Shown: positions 29,270 to 40,681, numbered from the stretch's first letter. The stretch: DNA of 64,000 nucleotides from Nitrospinaceae bacterium (GCA_965223665.1 OZ245011.1:2144001-2208000), one strand, 5' to 3'. Made by a program: numbers and translations. Notes: a model not told the origin generated them from the sequence alone.

Positions 29270-29752
29270 ATGAAGCGAATCTTGTTTACATTGTTAATGG
29301 CTGTGGTTCTAATTGGTGGGATTGTGGTGGATGGTGTGCTGGCAGCCGACCGGGACTACAAAATCAAAAACTGCCAACGCACTAAAGTGTGGCCGGAGAT
29401 ATTGGATCATATTCGTTTAGGCAATCCAGAGTTAAAAGATTTTATTGAAAAAAACATCAAACCGACTCGGGAAGATCCATTATTGAGCAAGGACGACTTT
29501 CAAGAAATTGAACGGTTGGATAAAAACATTCAGTGGTATGCCGCCGAGTGTGTCCTTCTAATGAAGGAAATAAATATCTTAGTCAAAGCAGTTCATGAAG
29601 TAGATCCTGAAGAAACATTTTTTATTGCCAATCCAATTTATAGAATACTTGGAAAACTTAAAATTCCTGTTATAGTAAACTCCAAGGGAGTTAATGATCT
29701 TGCTGTTTTCTCTTTTAACTTCTCTCCTTTTTCTCCGGAAGAAACTTATTAA
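29270..29752 (+). CDS. Secreted two-Cys immunity-like protein, copy 6
   Basis: Family motifs; closest to copy 7; 38-nt convergent overlap. Confidence 0.8.
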   Translation: MKRILFTLLMAVVLIGGIVVDGVLAADRDYKIKNCQRTKVWPEILDHIRLGNPELKDFIEKNIKPTREDPLLSKDDFQEIERLDKNIQWYAAECVLLMKEINILVKAVHEVDPEETFFIANPIYRILGKLKIPVIVNSKGVNDLAVFSFNFSPFSPEETY

Positions 29753-30448
29753 CCATTTCTTTAATTTCATTTGGTATTTTTTGCAGGACCAATTCAAAGT
29801 TTATTTTTTTTCCTACATTTTGTCCATTTACATTCTTTAAAATCCGGTCCATGGGTTTTTCTCCAAGAAAAAAATTAATTAAAGCAAACCCAAAAGGATT
29901 GTCCGTATTGTTATTATATAGAGGCTTATAATATTTGGTTAACAACCAAACCGCTCCCTCGATGTTTTCGAAGTTGTTGTTGAGGATGTCTTTCTCTGAA
30001 TAGCCCAGGTCACTTTTGGTGGCGATGATCTTCGCCTGCCGTGGCGTGAGCGCCATCGGCCCACGAGGAATCTCCTTATCCCGCACTTTCCATTTCACTT
30101 CCGACCGGTCCATCGCTAACTGCTCGAACAATTTCCGCCTTTCTCGAGTGACGGGTTTCGATTGATATGAACTCCCACCCAAAGACACATCCACCGCCTC
30201 GGCCCCTGCGAAAACCCTGCTTCTATTGCTTTGAACACCGAATCGAGATCGGTATTTTTTGAAGAAGAGAAAGCAAACACGTTTTGGATCGCTTCTGAGG
30301 TTTTACTTTTCCATTTTGCCGACCCGGTTCGCGGCAGGGTATAGCGCATCTCCATTATATTTTGATAGGTGATCGATTTGCCCTGCTCCATTAATCGGAA
30401 ACCGATGGCTTCCAAACCATCCTCCGAAAGGTGCAGCCCTTCACCCAC
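29715..30448 (-). pseudogene. Orphan, frameshifted C-terminal part of an SLT-tailed ejection-like protein
   Basis: Two overlapping ORFs (30116..30448 and 29715..30194); KWKVRDKEIPRGPMALTPRQA..NIEGAVWLL aligns with the C-terminus of 31009..34293. Confidence 0.7.
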
Positions 30449-30563
30449 TGCATTTATATTTTTTTCTATAGATCGAATTTCATTTTGCCGCCGATTCGAT
30501 ATTTTAAATAAATGAAAGAAAATTAATTTACCTCCAATCGTTAGATTGATATAATTACTGGTT

Positions 30564-31046
30564 ATGAAACGAATCTTTATTACAATTATAATGGCTGTGG
30601 TTCTATACGGTGGGATTGCGGTGGAATGTGCGGTGGCGGCAGACCGGAACTACAAAATCGAAAACTGCAACCGCAAAAAAGTCTGGACGGAGGTTTTTGA
30701 TTATATTAATTGGAATAATCAGAATCTTAAAGTATTTATAGAAAAGAATATAAAACCTACCAAAGAGGATCCAAAATTAACTGAAGATGACTACAAGCAA
30801 ATTGAACAACTGGATAAAAATATTCAGTGGTTTGCATCTGAATGCGTTCTATTAATGAAGGAAATCAATGTTTTGATAAAGGCAGTACATGAAGTTGATC
30901 CAGAACAAACTTTTTATATTGCTAATATAATTGAAAAAAATCTAAATAAGGAACAAATTCCATCATTGTGGAACTCTAAAGGTGTAAATGATCTAGCGGT
31001 TTTCTCTTTTAACTTTGCTCCCTTTTCTCCGGAAAAAAATTTTTAA
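30564..31046 (+). CDS. Secreted two-Cys immunity-like protein, copy 7
   Basis: Family motifs; 38-nt convergent overlap. Confidence 0.8.
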   Translation: MKRIFITIIMAVVLYGGIAVECAVAADRNYKIENCNRKKVWTEVFDYINWNNQNLKVFIEKNIKPTKEDPKLTEDDYKQIEQLDKNIQWFASECVLLMKEINVLIKAVHEVDPEQTFYIANIIEKNLNKEQIPSLWNSKGVNDLAVFSFNFAPFSPEKNF

Positions 31047-34000
31047 TTAATCTTTTATAGTTTTCTGGTGCTGTCTCGATAACTAAATCTAGTTTTAATT
31101 TTGTTCCTTTTGCACTTCCTTCCACCTTTTTCTGAGCTTCACTCATTAATTTATCCCCAACCAAATAATGCATTAACGCAAAGCCCATTGGATTATCGGT
31201 TACATCCCTGTAAAAAAGTAAATAATAATTTACCAATAGCCACGTGGCTCCTGCAATATTTTTTCTCGGGTCCGTTAAAATATCATCTACCGAATAATTC
31301 AAACCACTTTCTTTAGCAATTATTTCAGCCTGCCTTCGTGTCAAGCCCATTACTCCCTGTGGAATTTGTTCGTCTCGGACTCCCCATTTTATACGGGAAG
31401 ATTCGTTGGCCATTTTTAAGAGTACAGTTTTCCATGGCCCAAGGTTCACTCCCGTATTGTCTTTATTGCGACTCAATCCTTCGTTGATGACTGCCGCCAC
31501 AGAATTCGCATCTCTCAAATCAAACTTGGCAGGTTGCGGCTGCGCCTTGTTTCCTCGCTGCGCGAACAGTTCCGGAGCGCGGCCTTGTTGTTTATCGCGG
31601 AGGATGTTATCGAGTAAACTTTCTACTTTCCGGACCGCCTTCTCGGAAACTTGTTTTCTTACATCCTTCAGAATCTCACTTTTACTCTGTTTCAATTGTT
31701 CTGCCGACATGCGAAAAGCGCTTTCTACCGGGAACGTTATGTTCTTCAACTGATTGCCGTCAATCATCACATAATCGTTCCGCGCAAACTTCCCCTGCTT
31801 TTCATCAAACACATCACGGAACCCGGCCCAGGCCGCTGCATCCAACTTCCCTATGATCACTTCCGAGTTCTGTTGTGTTCGTGGATCACCGGGATTCAAA
31901 TTACGCTGCTTTCCCTGCTCAATGAGCTTCTTAAGTTTCTGCGAAAATCCCTGACCGCGCACAATCCCCTGTGGAGTGTATGTTTCATCGATAACTTCGC
32001 CGATGCGCTCTCTTGCGATCACCGCTCCCGAAGGATCTTTCACCGGTTTTAAAGTTCGATCGCTGGAAAACTTTTCCAGGAACATCCGACCCAGGTTTTC
32101 CCGTGTAATCAGAATTCCCTTCCTCTTCAATTCCCTTCGCATCGCCCCCAGGGTCGGTCCCGGCAGAGAATCAATATCTCGGACTCTCACCTTTTTGTCA
32201 TCCACCCAAACATAAGCCAATGGTTTCTGTTCTTCATCTAACTCGGAATAAAATTTGCCGGGCCCTATATGGTGCAACCCCTCCAAATGCACCCGATCGT
32301 TCAGTAAACTTTCCGCAAAAAATCTCTGGTCGCTTTCCGTAAACTTTGGACCCGCTTTTCTTTTGATACGGGCAAACTCTTTTTGCAAAGTATGCTTCGC
32401 AGTATCAATCGATTCTTTAGGAACCAGGGAAATTAAAGGAACGGTTTCAAGGGAGTGTTCAAACATCTCATTGAAAGCATTTGGATCGACTGCGTTAATA
32501 ATCTGAGTCCATTCATTATAATTTTTTTCATTCAATTGAGATTTCACCCAGTCATTCAGTTGAGATTCTGTATAGTTATACTCCGATTGAATTGCAAGAG
32601 GCACAATAGTCTTCATCATATGGGCAAACCCAACCTCCTGATAATTGTCCCCAATGTCTTCCTTTTCAAGCCTCCTTGCAATTGCCTGCACCAGATTGAT
32701 TTTCTTTTGATACTGCTCCTTCACTCTTTGTCGATCCGCAACATTTTGCAGCTGACCCGGATTCTAGATCAGCCGATGGTCTTCCTGCATTCCATTTAAA
32801 AATTCTGAAAGGACCGGGTCAAATTTATTGTATTGATGAACACCGGAGCCGAAGTACAGGGAAAACTTATTCTGCAGATTCGGGTTATCCGACGTGGCCA
32901 AATCCATCAAAGGCTTATAAGCGTTTGCCTCCTTTTGCAGTTTGAGTAACAACTCATCTCTTTTCCGGTTCGCATTGTTTTGCTCAGAAGTTCCCCCTGC
33001 CGGAACAGCTCCCTGTGTAAAATCCTCCGGGTTGATTTCCGTCGACAGTGAAACCGGTTGGCCTCGGTCCACGGCCAATTCAGCATGACCGGTAGCTTCA
33101 GGGGAAAGCGGGGGTTGTGTACCTTTCAACCGGAACTCGATAATTTCTTCCAAAGCCTCTTGGGTTTCTTTACTGACGAGAGGCCATTCCGATCGCTTTT
33201 TCAAATCGGTCAACGAGGGAACTACCGGGCTTTCGGCAGCAAATTGAAACAAGGATTCCTCATTCTCGTATTTGGCGGTATATTCTTTTAACGTGTTTGT
33301 GTATTGTTGGTGATCCCTTAACTTTTCAGTCATCTTCCGTTCTTACGGATCGTCAATATTCCGGAGAGCTTCCTGTTGTTCTTCCTCCGTCAGGGACTCC
33401 AGCGCTGCCACATTGTGCTGGGCTTTATTCATCACCACCTGCTCCCGGATTCTCGCTTCGAGTGGTTCCGTATCGTTCGTTTTAAATTCTTTTTTATGCG
33501 CGGTAAAATATTCCTGCGCTTCTTCAGGTTGTTCGGATTTCAACATACTTTCAATCACCGTCAGGTTCACCCGCTCCAACACTTTTCCCTTTTCCGCAGC
33601 GACCCGTTCATCGCTCAATCCCATCGAAACCTGCAACATTTCAATGGAGCGGTTGATGACCTCAATTTCATCTTCGATCACTTGAGAATCTAAAGGATTT
33701 TTTCGAATCGATTCCAGAGAGGTGCGCGCCGTGTTCTGGTGATTTTGAATTACAGACCGTTTCCATTGCACTTCTTCATAGTCCCGCATTCCATCCAACA
33801 ACCGGGAAATTTTCTTTTCCAGAATCGGTTGGTATTCTTCGCGCAAATACTGCGGCATCTCGGCAAAACCTTTTCGTAGAGCCTGGAAATTTTCCGAGGA
33901 CGAATCCAACTGATACGTTTCCAACAGTTCCGGATCCGGGTCTGCAAAGTCTACGGGTGTTCCATCGGAAGGCTGATCCAACAAAGTTATAAATCTTTGA

Positions 34001-34293
34001 AACGCGTGTGCGAACCCGAAACTCTTTTCACCTTTTAACGACGCCATGCCCTCACGCACCTCACCCGCGGCCCCGGTGAGCGCTTTCTCCATTTTCATGA
34101 TCGATTGAGTATCACGCCGCTGTCGCTGCACATCCATGAACACCGCCGCTTCGCCCAGGGTGTTGCTGAGCGCATCCAGGTTACGCACTTTCGCTCCGCC
34201 AACCAGTTCCGGAGTCACATTCAATCGCAACTCCCCGCCCCCTAACGACTGCGGCTGTATTGTCGGATTATTAAGATGAGGTATTTTTGGCAT
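31009..34293 (-). pseudogene. Paralog of 12393..15701 (ejection-like protein with SLT-like C-terminus) with two in-frame stops
   Basis: Three ORFs in one frame, broken by TAA at 33343 and TAG at 32764. Colinear with the paralog (MPKIP..LGGG.LRLNVTPELVGGAKVRNL; GRAPELFAQ). C-terminal ANESS...GVMGL. Confidence 0.85.
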
Positions 34294-34325
34294 TAAGGTC
34301 ACCTGAGTTGAAAGTTTTATTCATT

Positions 34326-36452
34326 TTATTTTTTACTTTGAGTATTGGGTTTACTTTTTCCTTGAGAAGATCGAAACTCGTCTAATGAAATTTTCCCAAC
34401 CGGATTACTCGGATTAAATTCAACAGCATCGATTAATTTTCCATCCTCGAGGAAATAAAATACATAATCCTCAAGTGATATCTCTACTCGCGTTCCCTGC
34501 TTTAAATTATCTAGTTCCTCGGAAAGACCAGGAAGAAAGTTATCCAATTTTTTCTTTGCAGTTCCATTTTCTCTAATATAATTTTTAAACCGATCTCCTT
34601 CTATTGAAACCGTTCCCATCTCATTTTTTTCGCCCAAATCAGAAATAAATTCTTTGAATTTTTCGGGATACTTTTCTCTCGCTTTTGAATTTCTGATTAT
34701 TAAAAGTAAGGTGATCTGAAAGTTATTAGAGTTTATCTTTTTTAATCTTTGGCTGGCCGTTTCTGACTTTGAGCCTGTTATTGAGGGAGTATTTGATGGA
34801 TTTGCAGCGTCCCGTTGTATTTTTTCTACTTGTTTTTTTAATTGGCCTTTGAGAGGAACCGTAACAGGTGCCGTGGTCACTCCTTTTTTAAAGCCTTTCT
34901 TTGCCGCTTTTATCGCACGTATCAACAAATCATTAACATTTTTTTCAGACGAGAACGAAGTTCCTCTCTTTGCCAGAGTTCCATCCTCCTCAGCTCCTAA
35001 AATGATTCCCAAATCTTCCGCCCCGGCGGTTAATAGTTCATTCACCGTAGTTTTTTCGGTTCCTTCCAGGGTTTCCATTGCAATGTTTTTGAGTAATGTA
35101 CGTGCTTTGCGTCCCTTATTAGAGGCTAAATAAGTTTTTAATTCTTCTAAGAGTACATTTTTGGTGGCCTCTCCGATGCGTTTTGAAGCCACTCCCCCGG
35201 GAATCAAATCAAACCCTGTCATGAGAAAGGCCATCCCCTCCGCCACCTCTTTCGCCACATCTCGTTTAATGCCTCCCATTATCAAATCGACTACGAGGAT
35301 GCCGCGTTGCATTTTCCAGTTATCTCTGGCACTGACCACCTTGTAAGTAATTCCCGCTGCGGTAAGACCCGCAGGTAAGGCCAATGGCCCCGTCTCCGCA
35401 GCTGCGAATGCGCCAATCGCAAATCCCGCTCCTACCTGTTGGTCTATTCGAAGCCATTGCTGTCCCCAATCAATGAACGTACTTATTCCTAAATTAGCCA
35501 GACTGTCCGGGCCTTGGTTAAAAGCAATATGATTATTGAGGTTTTCTACTTCTTTTTTTATTTTTATCAACTCTTCTTCAGAAATATCACCCTCAAAAAA
35601 TCTGTTCCCAATTTCCGATTTTTTAAAATTTAGAGACGATACCTCGTTAGCCTTTTTAGCCAAGTCCCAAAAGGCTTCCATTCCGGATAAATGTTTTAGT
35701 TCCTCCAGGGAAAGAGAGTTTGGCGGCAAGCTTTTATAAAATTCTTTAGTAAGTTGAAATAATTTCAATATGTGTGTCGTTTCTAATTCTTCATATTTTT
35801 GTTTCGCCATTTCCGGAAGGCTCAAAACTTTAGACAATTTCCACTTTGTCCTACGCTGATATTTTTCTACATTCCTGACATATTTTTCAGCGTCTTCCTC
35901 GGACAGTTGGGGTTCCCATTTTTTTACCAAGGAGCGGATTTTATCTAATCTTTCCTGATCTGACTCTTTCCTACCCTCTAACCACGGGGACAGAAACTCA
36001 AGAAGCGGATCGTTATTATTCTGTTTTTCTGAAGCACCTTCAAGGAGACCGTTCGGCTCTTCTTTTTCTCCTGATAAATTCCCTGCAGAAGCGGAACTGG
36101 AACTTTCGCTAGTCATTGCGCCCTGTCCCGCCTGGGCCAGCAGGGTGCCTGCAGAAGGATCGGGCGCAGGGTCGGTTTCGCTGCTAGATGCCGGGTTTTC
36201 CTCGGTGAAGTTTGCCGGATCTGTCAAACCCTCTTCATCCCCTCCGCCTAAGAAATTAGAGGATTGGGAATTCTCCGGGTTTACCAGCGATGCCAGTTGA
36301 TTTGGATTCTCTTCGGATTCCAGCGAAGAATCGGAGGTGTCCAATTTCGACTCACTAACTCCGGCTTTCTGAGACGATGCCTTTCCTATGACCTTCCCGG
36401 ATGATGTGGGGTTTGCAGTTTTTATAGAATCCACCATAGAGCTTATACTCAT
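34326..36452 (-). CDS. Ejection-like protein, paralog of the N-terminal two-thirds of 16942..20280, lacking the nuclease-like domain
   Basis: Shared QLASL, K.AEIGN/K.SEIGN, D.WK.Q.G, K..L.S.KG.K and E.S..D[FY] segments. Confidence 0.65.
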   Translation of the reverse strand: MSISSMVDSIKTANPTSSGKVIGKASSQKAGVSESKLDTSDSSLESEENPNQLASLVNPENSQSSNFLGGGDEEGLTDPANFTEENPASSSETDPAPDPSAGTLLAQAGQGAMTSESSSSASAGNLSGEKEEPNGLLEGASEKQNNNDPLLEFLSPWLEGRKESDQERLDKIRSLVKKWEPQLSEEDAEKYVRNVEKYQRRTKWKLSKVLSLPEMAKQKYEELETTHILKLFQLTKEFYKSLPPNSLSLEELKHLSGMEAFWDLAKKANEVSSLNFKKSEIGNRFFEGDISEEELIKIKKEVENLNNHIAFNQGPDSLANLGISTFIDWGQQWLRIDQQVGAGFAIGAFAAAETGPLALPAGLTAAGITYKVVSARDNWKMQRGILVVDLIMGGIKRDVAKEVAEGMAFLMTGFDLIPGGVASKRIGEATKNVLLEELKTYLASNKGRKARTLLKNIAMETLEGTEKTTVNELLTAGAEDLGIILGAEEDGTLAKRGTSFSSEKNVNDLLIRAIKAAKKGFKKGVTTAPVTVPLKGQLKKQVEKIQRDAANPSNTPSITGSKSETASQRLKKINSNNFQITLLLIIRNSKAREKYPEKFKEFISDLGEKNEMGTVSIEGDRFKNYIRENGTAKKKLDNFLPGLSEELDNLKQGTRVEISLEDYVFYFLEDGKLIDAVEFNPSNPVGKISLDEFRSSQGKSKPNTQSKK

Positions 36453-36648
36453 AGCACCTTCCCTATCGCCGGAGTTCTTCGTTGAGTGTGCATGGGCGGA
36501 AAGTCCTCGCGATAATTTGTTTTAAGGGTTCGTCATTTAGTTTTAATTTTATTTTCCATGAAGATTAAGATCTCAATTAATATGGGTAAAAAAATTGGGA
36601 ATAGCAGGTTCTTCTGTTATTACGTAATTTCTAAAAACTATTAAGGAT

Positions 36649-38139
36649 TTAACTTTGAAAAATCTTTCTATTTTTTAATGCGTTGTAGTTTCGGCGTTCG
36701 TTTTGGGAGCCGGCGGTTCCAAAGGCGGACTTTTTAAACGCTACCGGATAGGCAAAGGTGAGTGCCAACGCATCGCCACGATTCGGCGAAGCCAGCCCGC
36801 GTTCCTTCATCTGCTCTTTACTTTCCAGTTGAATTTTTCCATCGGGTCTTGGTACGGTTTCGGGTCCGATTAAATCCTGATACAACACATCATCTTTCGG
36901 AATTGCCCCGCCCTCCTGCAGCCATTTCTTAACACCGCCCCACATTTCGGCCCGCTTGTTTAAAAACCCTGCATCGTTCGCCTTCTCCCCAAACCATACC
37001 AACTGCCAGTTGCGCTGCATGGTTCTGCCGGCGCTCACTATACCTGTCCCATAACCGGCATCGACAAATACGGCATCGGCTTGAAGCTCGTCTTCCAACC
37101 GGGCAATGAGGTTGGCCACTTGAATATCGTTGTCGTTTTTGGGAATGGTCCGCAGTATTTTAAAATATAATCCCTGCCGCATGGCGATGACCAGTTCATC
37201 GTCGCCACCCCAGGCGGGATCGCAGGCAATAATCTTCGGCGCATAATTGTATTGCTCCGGTTTTAGATGCTTGCCCAGTGCCGCGTCCACCCACTCTGTT
37301 GAAATAAACTGCCTGGCCGAAACTGCGGGAAACATGCCGCGCACGCGGACTTTAACGAAATCCGAATCCTCTCCGTAATCGTCAATCCATTTTTGAATTT
37401 TGGCTTTGTTGGTGATGGCCACCTGTCGCGAGTCGATTTGATAACTTTTCCAACGGTGGCGAAAGCGTCGCCAGCATTCGCGGAAGCGCCCGGTGTTGCG
37501 AGTGGGATTTCCAAACGCGGCCCAGATCATTTCGGTATCGCTGTCGGTGAGCGCGCCTTCGGACACCTCCCAAATTGCATCGGGAATGGCCGAGCCTTCA
37601 TCAAAGATGAGAAGAATCCGTTTGCCTTTATTGTGCAAGCCGGCAAACGCCTCGCTCCGTTTCTCCGACCAGGGAATAATATCCATGCGCCAGGTCTTGG
37701 CGTGATCAGGATCCACCGAATGATAACTGGTCGCTTCCAACTGGAAGAAACTTTTGTAAGCACTGAGGCGATGCCACTTTTCCAACTCCGCCCAGGTTTT
37801 GGTCTTCAATTGATTCTCTGTATTCGCGGTGACCACGCCGCGAGTGTCCACTTTGGTGGTCATGCCCCAGTCGATGACCCACGCCACCAGTGCAGATTTC
37901 CCGACACCATGTCCCGAGGCGACAGCAATTTGGATCGCTTCACCGGGAGTGAGCAACCCGTCGCGGATTTCTTTCAGCACTTGAATTTGCCACGGTTCGG
38001 GTCCGGTGTGATCTTTCAGTTCGCCTTCACCCCACGGGTAGGCAAACAAAACGTACGCGTAAGGGTCATGTTCGAACTCGGCGATGGCATCGATGAGTTG
38101 ATCGAGCGTTTCCAGTTCCTGTTCAATCACTGCTGGCAT
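36649..38139 (-). CDS. terL: Terminase large subunit
   Basis: ASGHGVGKS Walker A, IFDEGS Walker B, FGNPTRNTGRF, DPAWGGDD, SPNRGDALALTF. Likely start MPAVIEQ at 38139. Confidence 0.95.
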   Translation of the reverse strand: MPAVIEQELETLDQLIDAIAEFEHDPYAYVLFAYPWGEGELKDHTGPEPWQIQVLKEIRDGLLTPGEAIQIAVASGHGVGKSALVAWVIDWGMTTKVDTRGVVTANTENQLKTKTWAELEKWHRLSAYKSFFQLEATSYHSVDPDHAKTWRMDIIPWSEKRSEAFAGLHNKGKRILLIFDEGSAIPDAIWEVSEGALTDSDTEMIWAAFGNPTRNTGRFRECWRRFRHRWKSYQIDSRQVAITNKAKIQKWIDDYGEDSDFVKVRVRGMFPAVSARQFISTEWVDAALGKHLKPEQYNYAPKIIACDPAWGGDDELVIAMRQGLYFKILRTIPKNDNDIQVANLIARLEDELQADAVFVDAGYGTGIVSAGRTMQRNWQLVWFGEKANDAGFLNKRAEMWGGVKKWLQEGGAIPKDDVLYQDLIGPETVPRPDGKIQLESKEQMKERGLASPNRGDALALTFAYPVAFKKSAFGTAGSQNERRNYNALKNRKIFQS

Positions 38140-38647
38140 CTTTTGCTTTCTGCAAACGTTCGGCGATGCGGTCGGCAAGGCCGTGTTTAAAATCGACTTC
38201 GTGCTTTTGCACAAACATTCCCAGGTGGTCTGCCAGAATTTTTAAGGAACGAATTTTATCGTGAAGCTTGAACTTGATGGTGCTGCCTTTGTCGTTCAAG
38301 GTGGCGTTGATTTCAGCGACAGCGGCCATTTGTTCGCGGGACAGTTTATCTTTAGCAATCATCGTCGCTTCATGCGAGTTCCAGTCTAAGTAGTCCCCAA
38401 CATTGGCAAACGCGACGTTGACCAATTCATCGAGAACGCGATCCTGTGTGATCTCCGTTCGCTGCGACAATTTGGCCTTGCCTTTTTGAATCGCTTTCTG
38501 AATTTCCGGCAATGCCATAAGCTTCCCCACGTTGGGTCCGGCAAACTTTTTGGCGTATCCGGCGCGGATGTAGGCTTGCGTGGCATTTAAATCCACCAGG
38601 TACTCTTCCACAAACCGCTCCTGCTTTAACGATAATTTTTTAGCCAC
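38123..38647 (-). CDS. terS: Terminase small subunit
   Basis: KQERFVEEYLVDLNATQAYIRAGY, IKFKLHDK...L..HLGMF. Confidence 0.93.
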   Translation of the reverse strand: MAKKLSLKQERFVEEYLVDLNATQAYIRAGYAKKFAGPNVGKLMALPEIQKAIQKGKAKLSQRTEITQDRVLDELVNVAFANVGDYLDWNSHEATMIAKDKLSREQMAAVAEINATLNDKGSTIKFKLHDKIRSLKILADHLGMFVQKHEVDFKHGLADRIAERLQKAKDASSD

Positions 38648-38685
38648 TGCTTTAACGTGAAATTGATGTGATATAATATTTAGTT

Positions 38686-39165
38686 ATGAGACGGATCTTG
38701 ATTTTATTGATAGTTTTCGGCTTACTTATGAGTGGGCCACAAATCGTAAACGCTGCCGACCAGAATTACATTATTGAAAACTGCGATCGCGAGTACCTTT
38801 GGACGGAAATTTTGAAGGATATTCGTTGGCGCGCACTGGAAGAAGCTAAGTTTATTGAGGAACACATTCAACCTACCCCAAACCGTCCAAAACTTACAGA
38901 AAAGGACTTCCGGGACATCGATAAATTGGACAAAAAAATCCGTTGGTACGCCTCCGAATGTATTTTGCTGATGAAAGAGATCAATGAATTTATGAGTGCT
39001 ATTCATTCTAAAAAACCCAATATGGGTTCTGAACTGGCATTTGAAGTTGATGGTACTTTAAACAAGTTCGACATCCCTTTTTTTAGACATTTTGATCGAG
39101 AAAATGATTTTAAACCTTTTTTCGAATTTAAGTATTATCTTTATAAGCCTTCCGGAAAGCTTTAA
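38686..39165 (+). CDS. Secreted two-Cys immunity-like protein, copy 8 (orphan)
   Basis: Near-identical to copies 4 and 12; only a short SLT 3' remnant follows. Confidence 0.8.
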   Translation: MRRILILLIVFGLLMSGPQIVNAADQNYIIENCDREYLWTEILKDIRWRALEEAKFIEEHIQPTPNRPKLTEKDFRDIDKLDKKIRWYASECILLMKEINEFMSAIHSKKPNMGSELAFEVDGTLNKFDIPFFRHFDRENDFKPFFEFKYYLYKPSGKL

Positions 39166-39198
39166 GATATTCTGCTACCTGTGATAAAATGCTTTGTT

Positions 39199-39687
39199 AT
39201 GAGACAAATCTTTTCGACAATTATGTGTTTATTTTTTTTAGTTGTCCTACCTCACATTGTCCACGCCGGAGATGGAGGTTATGATATTGAGAACTGCGAT
39301 CGGGGAAAAATTTGGCCATTAATTCTATCTGACATGAAACGCCTGGACCCTAAAACCGCAAATTATATTGATCAAAATATTCAACCCTCGAAAAAACGGC
39401 CCACCTTAACGGTGGCGGACTACAAAGAAATCGATAAATTTCCGGAACCCTATCGCAAAGATATTTCTGAATGCATTCTGCTGATGAAGGAAATCAATCA
39501 ACTGATCCTGACAATCCATAAGAAAGATACCGAAATATCAATAATAACTAGTCTTGATATTGAACAGTTCCTTGGCATGCATGAAATTCCATTTATTTAT
39601 TTATGGAATTCCCAAAAAAAACTCATCACCTTCACTTTTGATTTCACAACGGTGAAAACTTTATTGCTAGGTCGCGAAAGTTACTAG
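39199..39687 (+). CDS. Secreted two-Cys immunity-like protein, copy 9
   Basis: ENCDR..IW, SECILLMKEIN; 44-nt overlap with the SLT gene. Confidence 0.8.
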   Translation: MRQIFSTIMCLFFLVVLPHIVHAGDGGYDIENCDRGKIWPLILSDMKRLDPKTANYIDQNIQPSKKRPTLTVADYKEIDKFPEPYRKDISECILLMKEINQLILTIHKKDTEISIITSLDIEQFLGMHEIPFIYLWNSQKKLITFTFDFTTVKTLLLGRESY

Positions 39688-40681
39688 GCACCGGTTTCCC
39701 TTGCCTCACCAAATTTAAAACATACCTGAATTGCCTTAAATACTTTCTTGTTTGAAGCGGCATTTTCTTTTCTACCTTAGCAATTATCTCTTCATCTCCT
39801 TGGTTTCCTTTTATTAGGACATTTGTACGCGCCCTATTAATTGCTTCTATTCCTGCGTTATACTCCATGGCAACAAACCCTAAATAATCATCTGTGCCCT
39901 TCCACCTTCGGGCCATGTCTTTAAAAATGAGCCATTTGGCCGCTCGGACATTAGACGCAGGATCCTTAGTGATTTGAGTTTGCGTCAAATTTAACATAGC
40001 TGATTTTGTATTTACTATATCTCCCGCCGTTTTTGGCATTATCTGCATTAATTGTCTTGCCCCTTTAGAACTTGGTTGGTTATTTTTTCCAACATCGGTT
40101 TCTAAATGCGCAATAGTGATCAATATATCTCCCACATCTTTTTCAGAAAAGTCCTTGGGAATCTCCATTCCTGATTCGCCTGCAATGACACGAATCGATT
40201 TGTAGGTATTAGGAGCATAGTTTTTTACTCCTTTTTTTATATTGTTCTTAACAGTGGATGAGCTATCAAAAACTAAATTTGGTGTGTAATATTTAGAAGG
40301 ATCATATTTCGTTGCAGTCAATTTTTTAGGACTCTGGCCTTTCGGTGCGTTGACGAGGTTTTGCTGCATAGCCCAGTCCATTTGAGCGTTACCGCTGCCG
40401 AGGGCACTGGGACTTAATGGATGCGGTTTTGTATGATCCTCGGTGTTGTACAAAATACCGGGATCAATGGTCCTCTCCGATGGTGGCAGACTTCCCTCTG
40501 TGGTTAAACCTCCATTCAATAATGTTGGTCTTCGATTTCTTCGTCTTCCTCTTTGGGTGCCAACCCGGCGGTCATCCTTTTTTCCGGAGCCATCTCCGTA
40601 AAGAATTTCTGCCATCTCTTCCCATCTTTCCCGACTCGGGAGATTGGAACTACCATATCCGCTTAAATTAATTCTTCCCAT
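39644..40681 (-). CDS. Short SLT (lytic transglycosylase) effector-like protein A
   Basis: HLET...SSKGARQLMQIMPKTA...EYNAG; conserved ~110-aa N-terminus; no signal peptide. Confidence 0.85.
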   Translation of the reverse strand: MGRINLSGYGSSNLPSRERWEEMAEILYGDGSGKKDDRRVGTQRGRRRNRRPTLLNGGLTTEGSLPPSERTIDPGILYNTEDHTKPHPLSPSALGSGNAQMDWAMQQNLVNAPKGQSPKKLTATKYDPSKYYTPNLVFDSSSTVKNNIKKGVKNYAPNTYKSIRVIAGESGMEIPKDFSEKDVGDILITIAHLETDVGKNNQPSSKGARQLMQIMPKTAGDIVNTKSAMLNLTQTQITKDPASNVRAAKWLIFKDMARRWKGTDDYLGFVAMEYNAGIEAINRARTNVLIKGNQGDEEIIAKVEKKMPLQTRKYLRQFRYVLNLVRQGKPVPSNFRDLAIKFSPL

